Shown: positions 23,853-37,814, counted from the first letter of the stretch. The stretch is DNA of 64,000 nucleotides from Vitrella brassicaformis CCMP3155 (GCA_001179505.1 CDMY01000235.1:93322-157321); one strand, 5' to 3'. Translations and numbers: made by a program. The notes: generated from the letters alone by a model not told the origin.

Positions 23853-25536
23853 CTACGCCGACGACACTGCGAGCCCCTCTGACTCCTCCGCAGACGAAGA
23901 CGGCACTCTCGGGGAGGAGTCGTAGGGGGAGGAGTCCGACACCACCACCCCCTCTATCCCCTCTGACACCACCAGCCCCTCTCCGAGCTCCTGGTCGTAG
24001 ACAACAGCGGCCTGGAAGAAAGCAGAACAAATGCCATGGACACATGCATGCAAGTCTGACCTGGTCTGCAGGTGCCGAGAAAAATGGCGGCTCCGAGTCG
24101 GACGGACACCAGGCCATAAGGATGATGCCCACAAACATGAAGAGCGGCCCTGCAGAGAAGGTGATAAGAGAGAGGGCCCTTTTGTGTGAGACGACTGTAA
24201 TGTACCGATGTAGATGTAGACGCTGCCGAGTGTGAAGGCGTCGTCGAATCCGATCATCGCTGACAATAACACAGTGGGCATAATGGCCGTGCCACAGCTA
24301 TGCACCGACAGTTCCTACCCCCTGCAATGCCGGCGAGGCCGAATGAGGCATGAAAGGATGGCAGGAAATCCGTTGATTTGACTCTTGCGAACACATCGTC
24401 ATTCATGTAGTACATCTGACAGGCAGAAGGGGACAGAAACACGACAATGTGTGCGTCTGGTGTGTTCTCATGGCCAAACACTGCGTAATGTCATCGAAGC
24501 ACCAAACCTGAAAAGCCCCTGAGCATATAAAAACCAACACCGCCGGCACGCAATTGGGATCGAACCACGCTGGAGCAGCTACCATCTGCAAAAGAAACGG
24601 GTGCATTACAACATATCTCGACTCACGCAGCCTGTCTACCCACCGCCTTTGTCAGAACGCCAATTTGAGAGCCGATGAGTCCGCAGATAGCTCCAGAGAC
24701 CACACCTGAAGGGAAATTGTCATGCTGAGCTGCGTGGTTTCATGCATCTTTCTGCTCACCAAGGATGCGTCTGTACATGTCAGCGGTCCGGGTGCGGCCT
24801 CCGTTGTGTGCGTACCTGAAATACAAAAGGAGGACAGACATGTGCACGGATGGATGTAATGACTGACGATATGCTCTTGCCTACATACACCATCTGGTTT
24901 CTGAGTTTGACACGCCCCCAAATCAGTGCTCCCACTGTGAGGATGAGCAGGGCGATATGCAGCACATAAAACAGCCTCCAAAAAGCAACGCCAACCTGCC
25001 AGGCAAGAGATTTGAGAGCACACAGAGAGCTTTCCTTCTTCGCCTACCGAGTCGTCGTCTTTGTCGCCGAAGGCAAGAACGGTAAACCGATACACCAAAG
25101 CACCCGAGAAAGCGAAACAGGCACCGGAAACGACTGCTTGGTCGGCCATCTCTCCGTGCATATGCTGAAGAGCCACACATAGGTACACGAGCATCCATAC
25201 ATCTTCTTTGTGCACTCACGTAGCTCAACACCGGCGAGAAGAACAATGATGCCGCGGTGTACACAGCATATACAGACCGACAGCGCTGCCCACTGTGGTG
25301 CACAAGAGCAGAAATAGCGCCTGGGCGATGGTGAAGAGAACGCATCCCCACGCCTTGCTGGAGAAGCCCAACCCCTGGCGTGAGGCGAGCCCACAACTGC
25401 AGATGAAGCCGACAACGGCCGCCACCAGCTGGCTCCATAGGGGTGTCAGCTCCGGCAACCAGCTCTTGATGACATAGACGAAGACGAAGAGAAAGCAGAT
25501 CCAGGCGAATTTTCTCGTTGGCGAACAAAGATCCAT
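23853..25536 (-). CDS. Multi-pass membrane protein, NIPA/DMT-superfamily transporter-like
   Basis: About 9 short exons encoding successive hydrophobic helices. GVVSGAICGLIGSQIGVLTKA and FQMYYMNDDVFARVKSTDFLPSFHASFGLAGIAGAMIGFDD resemble the NIPA sG..s...K and Q..ylN.....f....P.....F motifs. Confidence 0.55.
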
Positions 25537-26705
25537 TGTTCGGAGCGTCCCTCTGCGTCACGCGAGCAATGGGGACAAGAGGTGGAGACGCCCCCAGTTT
25601 CCCATGTAAATTCCCTGTTGAGGGGACCAGATGCATGCAAAGCCATGGAAAAATTGCACATTGTCACTCCAATGAACCAACGTCTGATGTGACACCATGG
25701 AAGACACAAATCCCCCTCCCTAATGTCCGTCTGTCTAGCAACGGTCGCATCAGTGTCTAGCTCGTGTTTGGTGACGGTCAAGGCGCATCCGCAACCGTGC
25801 GCCGGTCACCGACCTAGATACACGGGCACACAGAGAGATAATCGCAAAAATCAATTCGATGTGACATTAGGGATGCACTTCTTGGGTGCGAAAAGGTGGG
25901 TGAGGCACACGAGCTGAGCGGGCAGCAGGCGGAAGTCCCAATGGCCTGCACGCACACGCGTGGGAGACATGCCCGCGTGGGAGACATGCCATGGAACGAG
26001 TCTCACTGTTGGCCACATATGTCGCCATCGCACTCACGTGGTCAAGGGACTGATCGAACCAAAAGGGAAAAATCACGTGAAGTGGGCGCATTTACATCGG
26101 TGGTCAGTGTATGTCTGATTGACCTTTCTGGGTATGTCGTGGTCCACAAAGGAGAGAGCTGTCAGCACAATGGCGGGAACAAATCCAATCTGACACACAC
26201 AACGCACGACAGCACAAGACAACACAACACGCCCTCAGATTGTGCTGGAGCCTGATGCTGAGCGGGGCATCGAATATCCTAACCATTTGGAAACTCAGAG
26301 GCAGCCTTAGAAGCCCTCTGCCCCTGAGACACAACCATTCCACAAACATTACACACACAGCCCGTCCCTTCCAATGCTGTATGCCCGTCCGTGACGTACC
26401 TGAAGAGTGGGAGTGCGGCAACAAGGCTTCTGGATATGATGGCTGGCCCAGTGTCCTTCTTGACGAAACGCCACCGATACGAGAGAGACAGTCTGGTGGA
26501 TAGACAGCAAATGGGAAGGGGGGGAGGGAGGGCGCGTCTGTGCACACGTACGCACCGTCTTGCGAGCAAGTAGGTGCTGAGGCTCCAACGCACGACATTC
26601 CCCAGCAAAAAACCGCTGCCTCGTGCACGAAGGTGCAGGCATAATCTGAAATGTATATGCGGACGTGCAGATGTATGGCAGCTATGCTGCTTAGCTCAAC
26701 CCACT

Positions 26706-27125
26706 CTCTTACCGGTGAGTTGTGTGCAGCAGCTCATGAGCTCGGGCGCGTCTGCGACGGCCAGCAGCATGAGCCACAGTGCGGTCCGGACGCCCGTCCT
26801 CGAGTGGAGGGGCATGAAGCGAGGATGCCACTGTCGACAAAACGCATACAACGCTGCACACACGCATACACACGCACGGAGACACGAGTGCCTCATTCTG
26901 TCTCTGCGTGTGTTCGTGTCTACCAGTGGTGAAGGCCAATGTGAGTCCGATTGGTCCGATGAAGATCATCGTTCGTCCACTGAAGACCGAGTATGCCACG
27001 CCGCCCCGGCCACCTGCGACCAGGAAGTCGAACACTCCCATGCTGCCCCCTGTGATGGACGCAGCGATGCCGCTGAAGGTCATTACAGGCGGCAGGCAGG
27101 CCAAGTGCATGAATAGCATCTGAGT
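26706..27125 (-). pseudogene. Two-exon fragment of an SLC4/BOR1 (bicarbonate/borate transporter) gene
   Basis: LFMHLACLPPVMTFSGIAASITGGSMGVFDFLVAGGRGGVAYSVFSGRTMIFIGPIGLTLAFTT|ALYAFCRQW...MLLAVADAPELMSCCTQLTG matches SLC4 TM1-TM4 (YFACLSP.ITFGG...GQP...G.TG), with conserved residues degraded and no flanking exons found. Confidence 0.7.
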
Positions 27126-27245
27126 ATCGACTTGAGCCGCCAGCCGTCCAGCCAGTCCGCCTCGTGGGAGTGTTTTTGATTGACGACTGATGTCTAACGC
27201 GGCTCTTGGTCGTGTTCGTGCAACACGGATGGGATGAGACAAGAT

Positions 27246-28180
27246 GGCGTTGAGATTCAGCTCCAGCAATGCTTCAAGTGGCCTAGATGAAGGGGGCGAG
27301 GGGGGACGGGACGGCACTTGATAGCAGTTGACACGCAAACACAGCGATGAGCCGATCAGTCGCCTCTCTATGATGGGTACCCCAGGCGGGTCGAGAAAGA
27401 AGGACCACGTATGGAGCACTGTGTGTTGACACATATCAAGAAGATCGCATCGCAGGCCCTGAGAATGATCCGGACCACTGCATCCAGGACGACGCAAACT
27501 CCAGCAAGACTATCAGCTCAGCAGCGTCTAACACGGGCACAGGTGGGGGAAGGGGGAATGGGGGATAGCGGATGAAGGGGGCTAGGGGAGGAGAGGCGGA
27601 GGGGCTCAGCTTGGGGGCTGGCACTTGAGGCTGCCGAAACGCAAAGCCGGCGATGAGCCGAGCAGTCACCTCTCTTAAATGATGGGTGCCCCAGACGGGT
27701 CAGATCAGAGGAAGGTATCCCAGGCGGGCCAGGTCAGAGTAATGGCTGCGGATGAAATACCCCCAGTTGACCGTGACACTCACGAAGCAGAGAGCACAGG
27801 AGGTCCAGAGGATGGCTCGGACAACTGCCCCCAAGACGACGACAAACTCCAGCAAGGCCATGACGACGACAAAGTCTGCAGGAAGACGGGGCGATAGTTC
27901 CCTTCAGCAATCCTCTGACGTAGATAAGGGGGGCTGGGGGATAGCAGTTGACGCTCACAGGCAGCGATGAGCCTAGCGGTCGCCTCTCTATGATGGGTAT
28001 CCCAGGCGGGTTGGGTACGAGGGACGGCCGTATATCGAATACTCTGTGTTGACGTTACAACCAAGCAAGAAGAGAATATAGCAGGTGAGGACGATGGCTC
28101 GGACCGTTACATCCAAGACGACGACAAAGTCCAAGGCCATTGGCGTTGAGAATCAGCTCCAGGAATGCTTCGAGTGAAGT
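27246..28180 (-). repeat. About three diverged tandem units of roughly 310 bp, remnant of a repeated hydrophobic coding module
   Basis: GCGATGAGCC...GTC(G/A)CCTCTCT...ATGATGGGT..CCCAG recurs near 27344, 27650 and 27964; GGAC...CCA(A/G)GACGACG..AAA recurs near 27470, 27818 and 28100. Minus-strand translation gives L.EF.VVL..VVR with many stops. Confidence 0.75.
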
Positions 28181-29504
28181 GGGGGTAAGTGGGGGAAGGG
28201 AGGGTCAGCAGATCAGTAGCCCTGGAGCCAGAAGTGGTAGTCCAGCGTGCGAAAAAAGATGATGCAGTACTCAATGAAGGCTCCGAGGAGGTAGATGGCG
28301 AGACCGCCGTTGATGACCACCGTCAAGACGTGGGCTATGATGAGCTCCATGGGGAATGACAAAGACGATATCAGAATGCTGATTTGGTCAATGGTTTTGA
28401 TGGACGGGCTGGGGGGAGAGGCCCCAAACTTGTGGGGCCGACGTAAACATTCGTCCCGACAAGTCGGTCTGTCCGGTTCCATCACACACCTTACACACNN
28501 NNNNNNNNNNNNNNNNNNNNNNNNNNNNNNNNNNNNNNNNNNNNNNNNNNNNNNNNNNNNNNNNNNNNNNNNNNNNNNNNNNNNNNNNNNNNNNNNNNNN
28601 NNNNNNNNNNNNNNNNNNNNNNNNNNNNNNNNNNNNNNNNNNNNNNNNNNNNNNNNNNNNNNNNNNNNNNNNNNNNNNNNNNNNNNNNNNNNNNNNNNNN
28701 NNNNNNNNNNNNNNNNNNNNNNNNNNNNNNNNNNNNNNNNNNNNNNNNNNNNNNNNNNNNNNNNNNNNNNNNNNNNNNNNNNNNNNNNNNNNNNNNNNAG
28801 CACAGGAGGTCCAGAGGATGGCTCGGACAACTGCCCCCAAGACGACGACAAACTCCAGCAAGGCCATGACGACGACAAAGTCTGCAGGAAGACGGGGCGA
28901 TAGTTCCCTTCAGCAATCCTCTGACGTAGATAAGGGGGGCTGGGGGATAGCAGTTGACGCTCACAGGCAGCGATGAGCCTAGCGGTCGCCTCTCTATGAT
29001 GGGTATCCCAGGCGGGTTGGGTACGAGGGACGGCCGTATATCGAATACTCTGTGTTGACGTTACAACCAAGCAAGAAGAGAATATGGCAGGTGATGACGA
29101 TGGCTCGGACCATTACATCCAAGACGACGACAAATTCCAAGGCCATTGGCGTTGAGAATCAGCTCCAGGAATGCTTCGAGTGAAGTGGGGGTAAGTGGGG
29201 GAAGGGAGGGTCAGCAGATCAGTAGCCCTGGAGCCAGAAGTGGTAGTCCAGCGTGCGAAAAAAGATGATGCAGTACTCAATGAAGGCTCCGAGGAGGTAG
29301 ATGGCGAGACCGCCGTTGATGACCACCGTCAAGACGTGGGCTATGATGAGCTCCATGGGGAATGACAAAGACGATATCAGAATGCTGATTTGGTCAATGG
29401 TTTTGATGGACGGGCTGGGGGGAGAGGCCCCAAACTTGTGGGGCCGACGTAAACATTCGTCCCGACAAGTCGGTCTGTCCGGTTCCATCACACACCTTAC
29501 ACAC
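27793..29504. repeat. 706-bp direct repeat (27793-28498 and 28799-29504) flanking a 300-N assembly gap
   Basis: The copies look identical except for 4 clustered substitutions; Ns occupy 28499-28798. Confidence 0.95.
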
Positions 29505-29568
29505 CAGCACCACGCACCATCAGGCCTGACTTCATTTCTCAGTCAACCTCTTCGAACGAGTCGACTTC

Positions 29569-31231
29569 TCAAAACAGCTGCACAGTGGGCACTGAGGTCC
29601 GCCTCGCAGGACCACCAGCGGGAGAAGCAGCAGCAGCAGCCTGCCATGCCAACCGCCTTATTGTATGGTTGTCGCAATCAGCAATGTACACTACCTCGCC
29701 CGACCCTCCTTCCCCCATGTCAGTGCAGACGTCAGACGGCCCGTCGAGCCCCGCCTTGTCGGCAGCCGTGCCGTCGGCAGCATCCCCCTCGCTGCCGGTC
29801 CCCGCAACCGTTGTGATGAAGGCTGTACCCACACAGAGAGACAGAGAGACGGAGAGACATGAGAGTCTCTCGTGGATGTTTTAGTTCCTCCATCGCACCT
29901 TCCTCCTTCTCCTTGAGTGTGACCATGCGCACGACAAAGTTGCGCCTGTCGGCTATGTAGAGACGACTGTCGTCGGCTGACACGGCAACACCGGTTGGCT
30001 TCTGCAGCTCTGCTTCGTGTGCAGGACCTCCGTCTCCCGATAACCCGCCCTCCCCGCTCCCCGCAACAACAGACACCTCTCCTGCAGGTCCAGAGAGACA
30101 TAAACATGAAAGTGTGTGTCTCCCTCCTTTACTAGTTGACAGATAATGCCGACCTGTTTTGGTGTTGACGGCCTTGATCTGATGGTTCAATTGGTCAGCC
30201 ACATAGAGTGTGCTGCCTGTGCTGTTGAGTGCGACGCCCGTCGGGTATTGGAAAGTGGCAGCGATGCCTGACTCGGACTTGCTGAAGGCTCGTGAGGCCT
30301 TGGAGCCTTTCTTGGTCAGAGATGGACCGCTACCCGCCAAAGTACGCAGTCGACCTGTGCGGTGCACACAGAGGGAAGTAGAGGTAGGTGATGCACGCCA
30401 GATGAGGCCATTTGCATACCATTCTTGATATCGAGGCATCTGATTTTGTTGTTGTGGGAGTCTGAGACGTAGAGCAGAGCATTGTCAGCCGTGGCCACGA
30501 GGCCTGTCGGCCGCCTTAACAGGCACTGCATGGCCGGCCCCTCGTCTTTGCCCTCATCCTCAGACACACCGGCAATGCTGCGAATGGTCCCTGTACGAGA
30601 GCAGGCACATCACGCACATCAAGGCAGCCTTTTCGATGCCCACCTTCTCGCAGGTCGACTCGTCTGATTCTTTGATTCCTCGTGTCAGCTATGTAGAGCA
30701 CATCAGCTGCTCGTGGGGGTGTAGACACGCCGTAGGGCCAGTATCTGGTGGCAAGGAATGCGCTCCTGATCTTGTGTAGTGTGTAACGGCCACAATCTGA
30801 ATGGCCATATGGTTGCTTACAGGCGGCAACTGATGGCTCGACCCCCGTCGCCCTCGAATCCAGAGAGCCCGGTACCCACGCACGAATGGATGGTGCCTGC
30901 AGCATATACAGACAGACAACAGAACGCAGTCACCAACATGAAACCCATACATGAGAAGCGCCTCCCCTACCACTCCCCCACCAGTAGAAACGTCGACCAC
31001 TCGGATGCGGCAATTGACCGTATCGGCGAGGAATATCCGCTTGTTGCCTCCCCCAGACACGGTGAGGCCGAAAGGCTGGCTCAGTTTCGCCTCGGTGGCC
31101 TTCCCCCCATCGCCGTAGAGGCCGTCTTCGCCGCATCCGGCGACTGTGTGTATCGTTCCGATGGGCACGCCGGCTGCTTTGTCGGTTCTAGTGGTGGTGC
31201 TGACGGGTGGGGGGCCTGTGCTGCTTTCCAT
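29569..31231 (-). CDS. NHL-repeat beta-propeller protein
   Basis: Six repeats of the type I.TVAG.G..G..GDGG.A..A.L..P.G......lYiAD..N..IR.v across about 6 exons. Confidence 0.9.
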
Positions 31232-31587
31232 TGGAAGTTGAGTGTCAACGGGTAGCTTCGAGGTCGGGAGGGAAGGGGTGGAATGGACAGAAACGCCTTG
31301 GCCAAGGCCAGGAATGGATAGCGCTCTCGACCTGTGCTTAGATTGGACTCACAGAGCGTTGTATTTCATCCGCCTTCTCTCTCTGTGTCCTGCCGTGCCG
31401 ACATGTCTCGATAATGAGGGATGGAACTCATCTGAGCCCCAGCCCTCATTACCCCAGGCCGTCGACATGGAAAAGCACGGAGACAAGGAAAGCCACACAA
31501 AGCATGTTGCCACACAAACCACAAGCCTCCCACACGATCAGAACTTGCCACAAGCACCCCTATCTCTTCCTCTCCATCCGTCTATTC

Positions 31588-32646
31588 TCATCCCACATTC
31601 ATGGCGGTGGACGCACTCGCCCCGACATCAAAAGCGTTCTTGGTGCCTGCAGGTGCACCCTTAGCAGCGCCACTAGAGGATGCCCCCCCGCCACTCTTCA
31701 CTCCACTAGCACCACCCGTAGTCGTCTGTGTCCTTGCTGTGCCGCTTGTGGCCCCTCCTGTCGGCGCCGCTCGCGTGCCGCTCTCCTTGGCCTGTGAGGG
31801 CGGCTGTGCGGGGGCCGGCCTGACGGGTGTTGGGGGGAGGAGGGGGATGATGTGAGCATTGAGCTCCTGCCAGGTGTGGATGAGCAGCTGAGCGCGCTTG
31901 GTGACGTCGCTCTGCTGGCCTTCGATGGAGCTCGTCTCCTTCTCGAGTGTCTCGAGCTTGGCCTCTTGCTCTCTAATGGCCTTCTCGAGGTCGGGACGCA
32001 CCTTGAGCGTGTTGATGTCGCGCGACAGGGCCTCGTAGTGCAACAGATCGATGCGCCGCCTCTTCTCGCGCTGGTAGTCCTCGCCGGCCTTCTCGAGCTG
32101 CTGCGTGAGGTCGCGTGTGCGCTTGGCGGCATCGTCGCTGTTGGTGGTGCGGTCCTCGGTCTCCTTGCCGAAAATGGTGAGGCGGAAGGCGCATCGCTTG
32201 AAGGCCATCTCGCAGTAGTCGAAACATCTCTCCAGATCCTCATAGTTGCTCTTCCATGACTGCACGACATGGACAGTCTACACACGAGGTGCACTACATG
32301 TACGTTAATAAGTTTTCCTGTCCTTGCCTGTCCTGCTGACCTTGAGGGCTGCCTCAACTTCCAGCTTCTCTTGGTCGGACACCGGTGGCGTGTTGGGATG
32401 CCAGCTCGATGCACCCCTCTGCGACGGCAGCAGGGAGCAGCCCGCCACCACAAACCGCTTCAGATACTCCCTGCCGCCTTGGCTCTCGTCCCACATGATC
32501 TCGTCCTTGACCGCATTCTGCCTGCTGATGCCGCGGTCCTCCTCGGTGTGCACCTTTGGCGGTGCCGGCGCCTTCTTATGCTCGCGGTCTCTCCGCATTG
32601 CGGGAGCCTCCTTGAGGCGCTGGTGCGGGGCGTGAGCGCTGTCCAT
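31588..32646 (-). CDS. THOC7: THO complex subunit 7 (THOC7/Mft1)-like protein
   Basis: Two exons; coiled-coil segment KRRRIDLLHYEALSRDINTLKVRPDLEKAIREQEAKLETL...KRAQLLIHTWQEL matches the THOC7 R.n..EYdalak.I...p.R pattern. Confidence 0.6.
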
Positions 32647-32831
32647 CGAGCTGGCGGGGGCAGGCCGCCACGAGCTGCTCCTCTCGTGCGAGCTGCGCAG
32701 ATCGGCATGCGAGCTAAGCCGGCAGAGCCAGGGGCAGAAGTGGCTTTCTTCGCCTTCTGCCCGCTGATTCTTCTGGACGGCTGCTAGCTGATTGAGTCAG
32801 GTTGTTCTTCTACGACGGTTGACCAGCGACG

Positions 32832-35800
32832 ATGGGTAATCTGCAGCAGGCGATGGCACCAGCCGCACAGCAGGGGGATGGTGGTGACGGCCAGCAGCAG
32901 GGACAGCAACGAGGATGGCTGTGTAAGCCAATAGGAACAAATCTCATGAGATTGTCTCACTATGGATACACATGACGTGCTGTGTTGTGTTGTGTGTACG
33001 TGTGTTCGCTCCTCCCTCTGTTTGCCTTGCTTGTGTGATGGCTGCAGCTCAGTTGAGTGGTGTCTTCATGCAGATCGTCATGATGCACATGATCTTCAAC
33101 ATGTTCATGGGCGGCAACAAGAGGCCGCCCGCCGATCCCAAGACAGGCAAACCCATCGCGCCGCTGGACAACTACTTCCCGCCATCCACCAAATTCGTAA
33201 GACCAACAGACAGAACAGACTCACACACGCAGACACACACACTCAGCAGCGGATGAAGCATCTTTCCCCTCCCAACCGGTTGTCTTGTCAGGACCTCTTT
33301 GTTCACGTGTCCAAGACACCGAACAACTCATGGACGGCCCTCACTCGCGATGCCGAACTGGTGTGGTCGCTCCCGTCCCTGACGTACGACAAGTCCACGT
33401 CGTGGCGGTGGCGGCGGAGTGAGGAGGATATCGCCAAGAACTCCGTCAACTATACATTCGTGCCAACAGAGGGCATGCTGGCCGGCAACGAGAGTCTCTA
33501 TGTCACCCTCACTGCCTTCCCGCACTTCCTCGATTTGGTGCCTGACAAGGACGTCGATGAGGTCGAAGAACTCGAGAAACACAAGGTAGGTGGGCAGGTG
33601 CAGTGCAGACTCATGCAGAGAGCCACATGGTTTGTCTGTGTGTGCGCTTTGACTGTGTCGTCAGATCGTCAATGCGTCCGCGCCTCTGACGGTCAAGATG
33701 GAGCCCTTTTCGGCTGAGGAGCTGCAGTCGCTGGTGGGCGGTAGCGAGTTCGACATGATGGAGATGGAGCGGCAGAACAGGGAGAAGGAGAAGGAGGGTG
33801 CGGACGAGAAGGGCAAGAAGAAGAAACCCAAGGAGGAGACCATGCACCTCAAGAAACGCCTCGACCTGCGCATCGTATTTGACACCACCAAACACGACCT
33901 CCAGAGCCTCAACACGGGGCCCTTCAAAGGTGTGGACCGCATTCAAACAACTAACTCACCGGAGGCAAAAGATGGATGTGGTATGTTCCTTCCTGTTTGT
34001 TTTCTCGCTTCATCCGTGTAGCCATTCGTCGTCACCTGTCTGCTGGGGTGTACCACCCCGTGCTGTATCCGAGCGACTTTTGGCTGCTTGAAAAGGACTA
34101 CGTCCCGCTGAACGACACACTCAAGGTGACTGACGCGCAAACAAACAGACTGACACAGCAGCGTGCACGCAAGCACCTGTGTATGTGTCTTGTCAGGGTG
34201 AGCCCTTGACGGTGACCTTCACTTGGGACGTGATATCGGCCTGGCTGTGGTCGATAGAGGTCCAGATGACAGACACATGGTCAATGCAGTCACAATGGGG
34301 TGAGTCAGCCCCAGCCAGCCAGCCAGCGCCAGCAACAGTGTGCATCGGTGATATGTGCTCGCTCCGTATATGTCACTCTCTGTTCAGGCATGCACACGCG
34401 GCGGGAGTCTTTCATGCTCAAGGTGGGCAGGCTGACGACATCTACGATGACAGAAGATCGTCTGCCTGGCTTCTTGCGTGTGTGCAGCGCATCATAATGG
34501 AGACTAACCCCTACATGCTGCTCTTCTCGGCCCTGTTCATCCTCCTCCACACACTCTTCTCTATGCTGGCGTTCAAAAACGGTACACACACACACACACA
34601 CTCAGGCACGCACGAATCGCGATCACATCATGTGTTCCTGGTGTGTGCCTGCCTTTACCCACGCACGCGACAGATATACAGTTTTGGTATTCGGTGGAGT
34701 CGATGCAGGGGCTGTCGGCTCTGTCGATCCTGATATCGTTCGTCTGTGAGGTCATCATCGGGCTGTACCTGCTGGACTCGCAAGACACCTCCTGGCTGAT
34801 CCTGTTTGAGATCTTCCTGGGCATCGCCATCGAGGGCTGGAAGCTCACCAAGGCCGTCAAGGTCACCCTGCACAAGGAGTTCCCATTCGTCACTTTCGAG
34901 GATGCCAAGGTCATACCAGAGAGAGAGTCGTACACATCCACGCCTACGTTCGTGTGTGTATGGCAGCAATACGCAGAGTCCAAGACCAAGGAGTACGATG
35001 AACTCGCCATCAAGTACATGACCGTCGCCCTGTCGCCATGCGTAAGGGAGAGCAACCAGACACAGAGCACGCGTGGGTGCATGATGTATTTATTGGTCTT
35101 TCTGTCACCTTCCTTGATGCGATGCGTCTGGACAGATGATCGGCTACGCCATCTATTCGCTATACAAGTATAAATTCAAGTCATGGTACTCATACATCAT
35201 ATCGGTCCTCGCCGGCACCGTCTACACCTTCGGTAAGCGCCAGCCTCGTCAGTCAGCACAGGCAGGCAGCACAACCGATGTCAGTGTATAGGTGTGTGTC
35301 CATTTGTGTGTGTGGTGCGGTCTGTATGTGAAGGTTTCATCATGATGACGCCCCAGCTGTACATCAACTACCGGCTCAAATCGGTGGAGCACCTGCCCTG
35401 GAAGGCACTCATCTACAAGTAGGGCACCGTGCGCCGAGCGCCCGCATACAAATGTATGTGCCTATGCCGCCTCGTCGCATGATGTCCGTCTCTCTGTGCA
35501 GGGCCTTGAACACCTTTGTGGACGACATAGCGGCCTTCATCATCGACATGCCCTGGATGCACAGACTCGCCTGCTTCAGAAACGGTACCTAAGCCATCTC
35601 GCAACACCCCCACACACGCGTGCTGCACACGTCATCCTTTTGTCTGTGTACGCCACCTCTCTGCTGCATGCAGATGTGATCTTCCTGATCTATTGCTACC
35701 AGCGGTGGATCTATCGCGTCGACAAGACGCGGCCCACTGCATGGAAGGAAGGGACGGACCCCAACGCACAACAAGCCAACAATGCAGGTACAAACGTACC

Positions 35801-36163
35801 CACCCAAGACGCATATACACGCGACGGCCTTGCAACCACTGACTGTCCCGCCGTGATGTGTTCAGAGGGCGCGCCACTGCTGAACGGGACGGCTCCCGCA
35901 ACTGCAGCCGATGCAGCCGATGGCGACACGAGGGGCGAGGCAGCTGCTGCGGCCAGTGCTGGTGCTGACGGTGAGGGTGCCACCACGACGCCTTCCACCA
36001 CCACCCCCACAGCAGTGCCCGACGACCCCACAACCACACAAGGTGGGAGAGAGCACTCGAATGAAGGGGACTTCTGGACAATGCATAAACCATTCATGGT
36101 ATACGAGTGTGTATCTGTCTGTGTGCAGGTCTGAAGGAGAGAAAGAAGGCCGACACCGGATAA
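32832..36163 (+). CDS. CLPTM1: CLPTM1-family membrane protein (putative lipid scramblase)
   Basis: YHPVLYPSDFWLLEKDY, ETNPYMLL, LAFKNDIQFW, SKTKEYDELA, FIMMTPQLYINYRLKSVEHLPWKALIYKALNTFVDDIAAFIIDMPWMHRLACFRNDVIFLIYCYQRWIYRVDKTR; about 13 GT-AG introns. Confidence 0.95.
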
Positions 36164-37814
36164 GGCATCGAGGCTTCCATCATGGATACCTACCTGTGTC
36201 CACGGCTGGTCGTTTCTGGTCTCGCCAACTCATTCATGATTTTGACGTTGATGAGTAGGCAGGCGAGGCACACAGCGTCTCTCTCGAGTATCGAAGCGAT
36301 GGTTTTGACGCTACCTGTGTGTGTGTGTCGAGTGCCATCTATCGATGGCTTGCACGCTCTCTCTGCGTTTTTAAGGATGCTGTGTGTGCTGTGTACAGAA
36401 CAGACAGAGGGGCTTGCCGCGTGCATGTCGGTCGGCTATGCCGTGCTGTGCTGCCGTGTCGATGCGATGGTGTGTGTGTGTGTGTGTGTCACATATGTGT
36501 ATCGATATCGGTATTGCTGCTTGTCGGATGACGCCTTTATGCTACCTACACTTTTGTGAAGACTGGCCACCTACTTACTTACATCAATGAATGCATTCAT
36601 TCACGTGTGTGTGTATGTATTGTTGCAATCATGCAGCCAGCGCGCTGACAGGCACCGCACCGCATGGAATGTCCGTCCGTCTGCGATGGAACAACAAAGC
36701 CCACACACTAGCTAGCTAGTTCACTAGCACATGCAGCAGACGGGCATGACCACACACGATCTGCCTTGCAATGACTAGCAGCCAGCCTCTCAGCCTGCCC
36801 ATCATTTGCACGCCTCTATCTTGTAGCTGCGCCCCCACAACTTCCCGAAGGGGATCTCCACGCACGCGCCTTTCAGTGTCTGTTCCTGCAGGGACAACAG
36901 AGAGTGGAGAAAAATCGCCATGGTCATCGCCATGGGTCATTGCCATCTGATAGGCATACGTGGCCGCATGTGGTTGCAACGCTCGGCTTGTAATCTGAAC
37001 GAGAGTCCGAACGAGAGCACGATACACGAGACACATCCAAAGATCTCTGCCGCCAACATACTTGGCGTACCATTGCACGTAGATGAGGGATATGCGGTGA
37101 ACTTGACCTCAATGCCGCTGTCGCAGATCTTGCCGATGTTGAAGCGCAGCCCCGGACCGGAGGAAGCTGGAAATGGGACCATTCACGTGCCCGTGATGTC
37201 CGTTGCACCGCCTGCAGTGAAAATAAACAGAGATCTGCCTTTCGGCTTCCCAGATCTGTGCATCTCTTGCTTTGTCGTCCTTCTCTATGCGTACATACTG
37301 ACCTTCGAACGTGTAAGACCCTCCTGCGTACTCATCTGCGTTGTGCCCGGCGTTGCTCGTGTCCGATGAGAGGGTGACCTTGAAGGAGGCACTGGCCAGC
37401 GGAATGCCGAGCGGCTGGCGGTTTCATTCACTTATTCATTCACGCCCAGTCAATAAGTATTTCTTGCATGTGTATGTATCCGTACACTTACATTTGACAC
37501 ACAAACATCGATCCATTTGCCTCCTGTTTGATGGTTGTCCAACCTCTGCTTTCTTGACTGTCTTCTGGATTGCACACCATGAACCGCTCAAAGAGTACAA
37601 ACTCTCTCTATGCTCAGCTCGCCAAGCTCGACCAGAGAATCGCAGACATGGTACACGTACGACAGACAAACAGTCAGTCAGAGAGGGAATTCATTTTCGG
37701 CAGGTAATGCGGGCAACAACTTGTGCTGCAGAGCAGAGGACTGGTGCTATGCAGAGAACAGGTCCCCAAAGCTTCTGCACTGATTTACGCAAGTGTAAAC
37801 GCTCACGGACAAAA

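Noticed and set aside
28213-29070. ORFs crossing the N run
   Set aside because: Artefacts of translating Ns as X.
36937-37182. Coding-like minus-strand stretch GLRFNIGKICDSGIEVKFTAYPSSTC
   Set aside because: Codon usage looks partly genic, but I could not find joining exons or a family; left unannotated.
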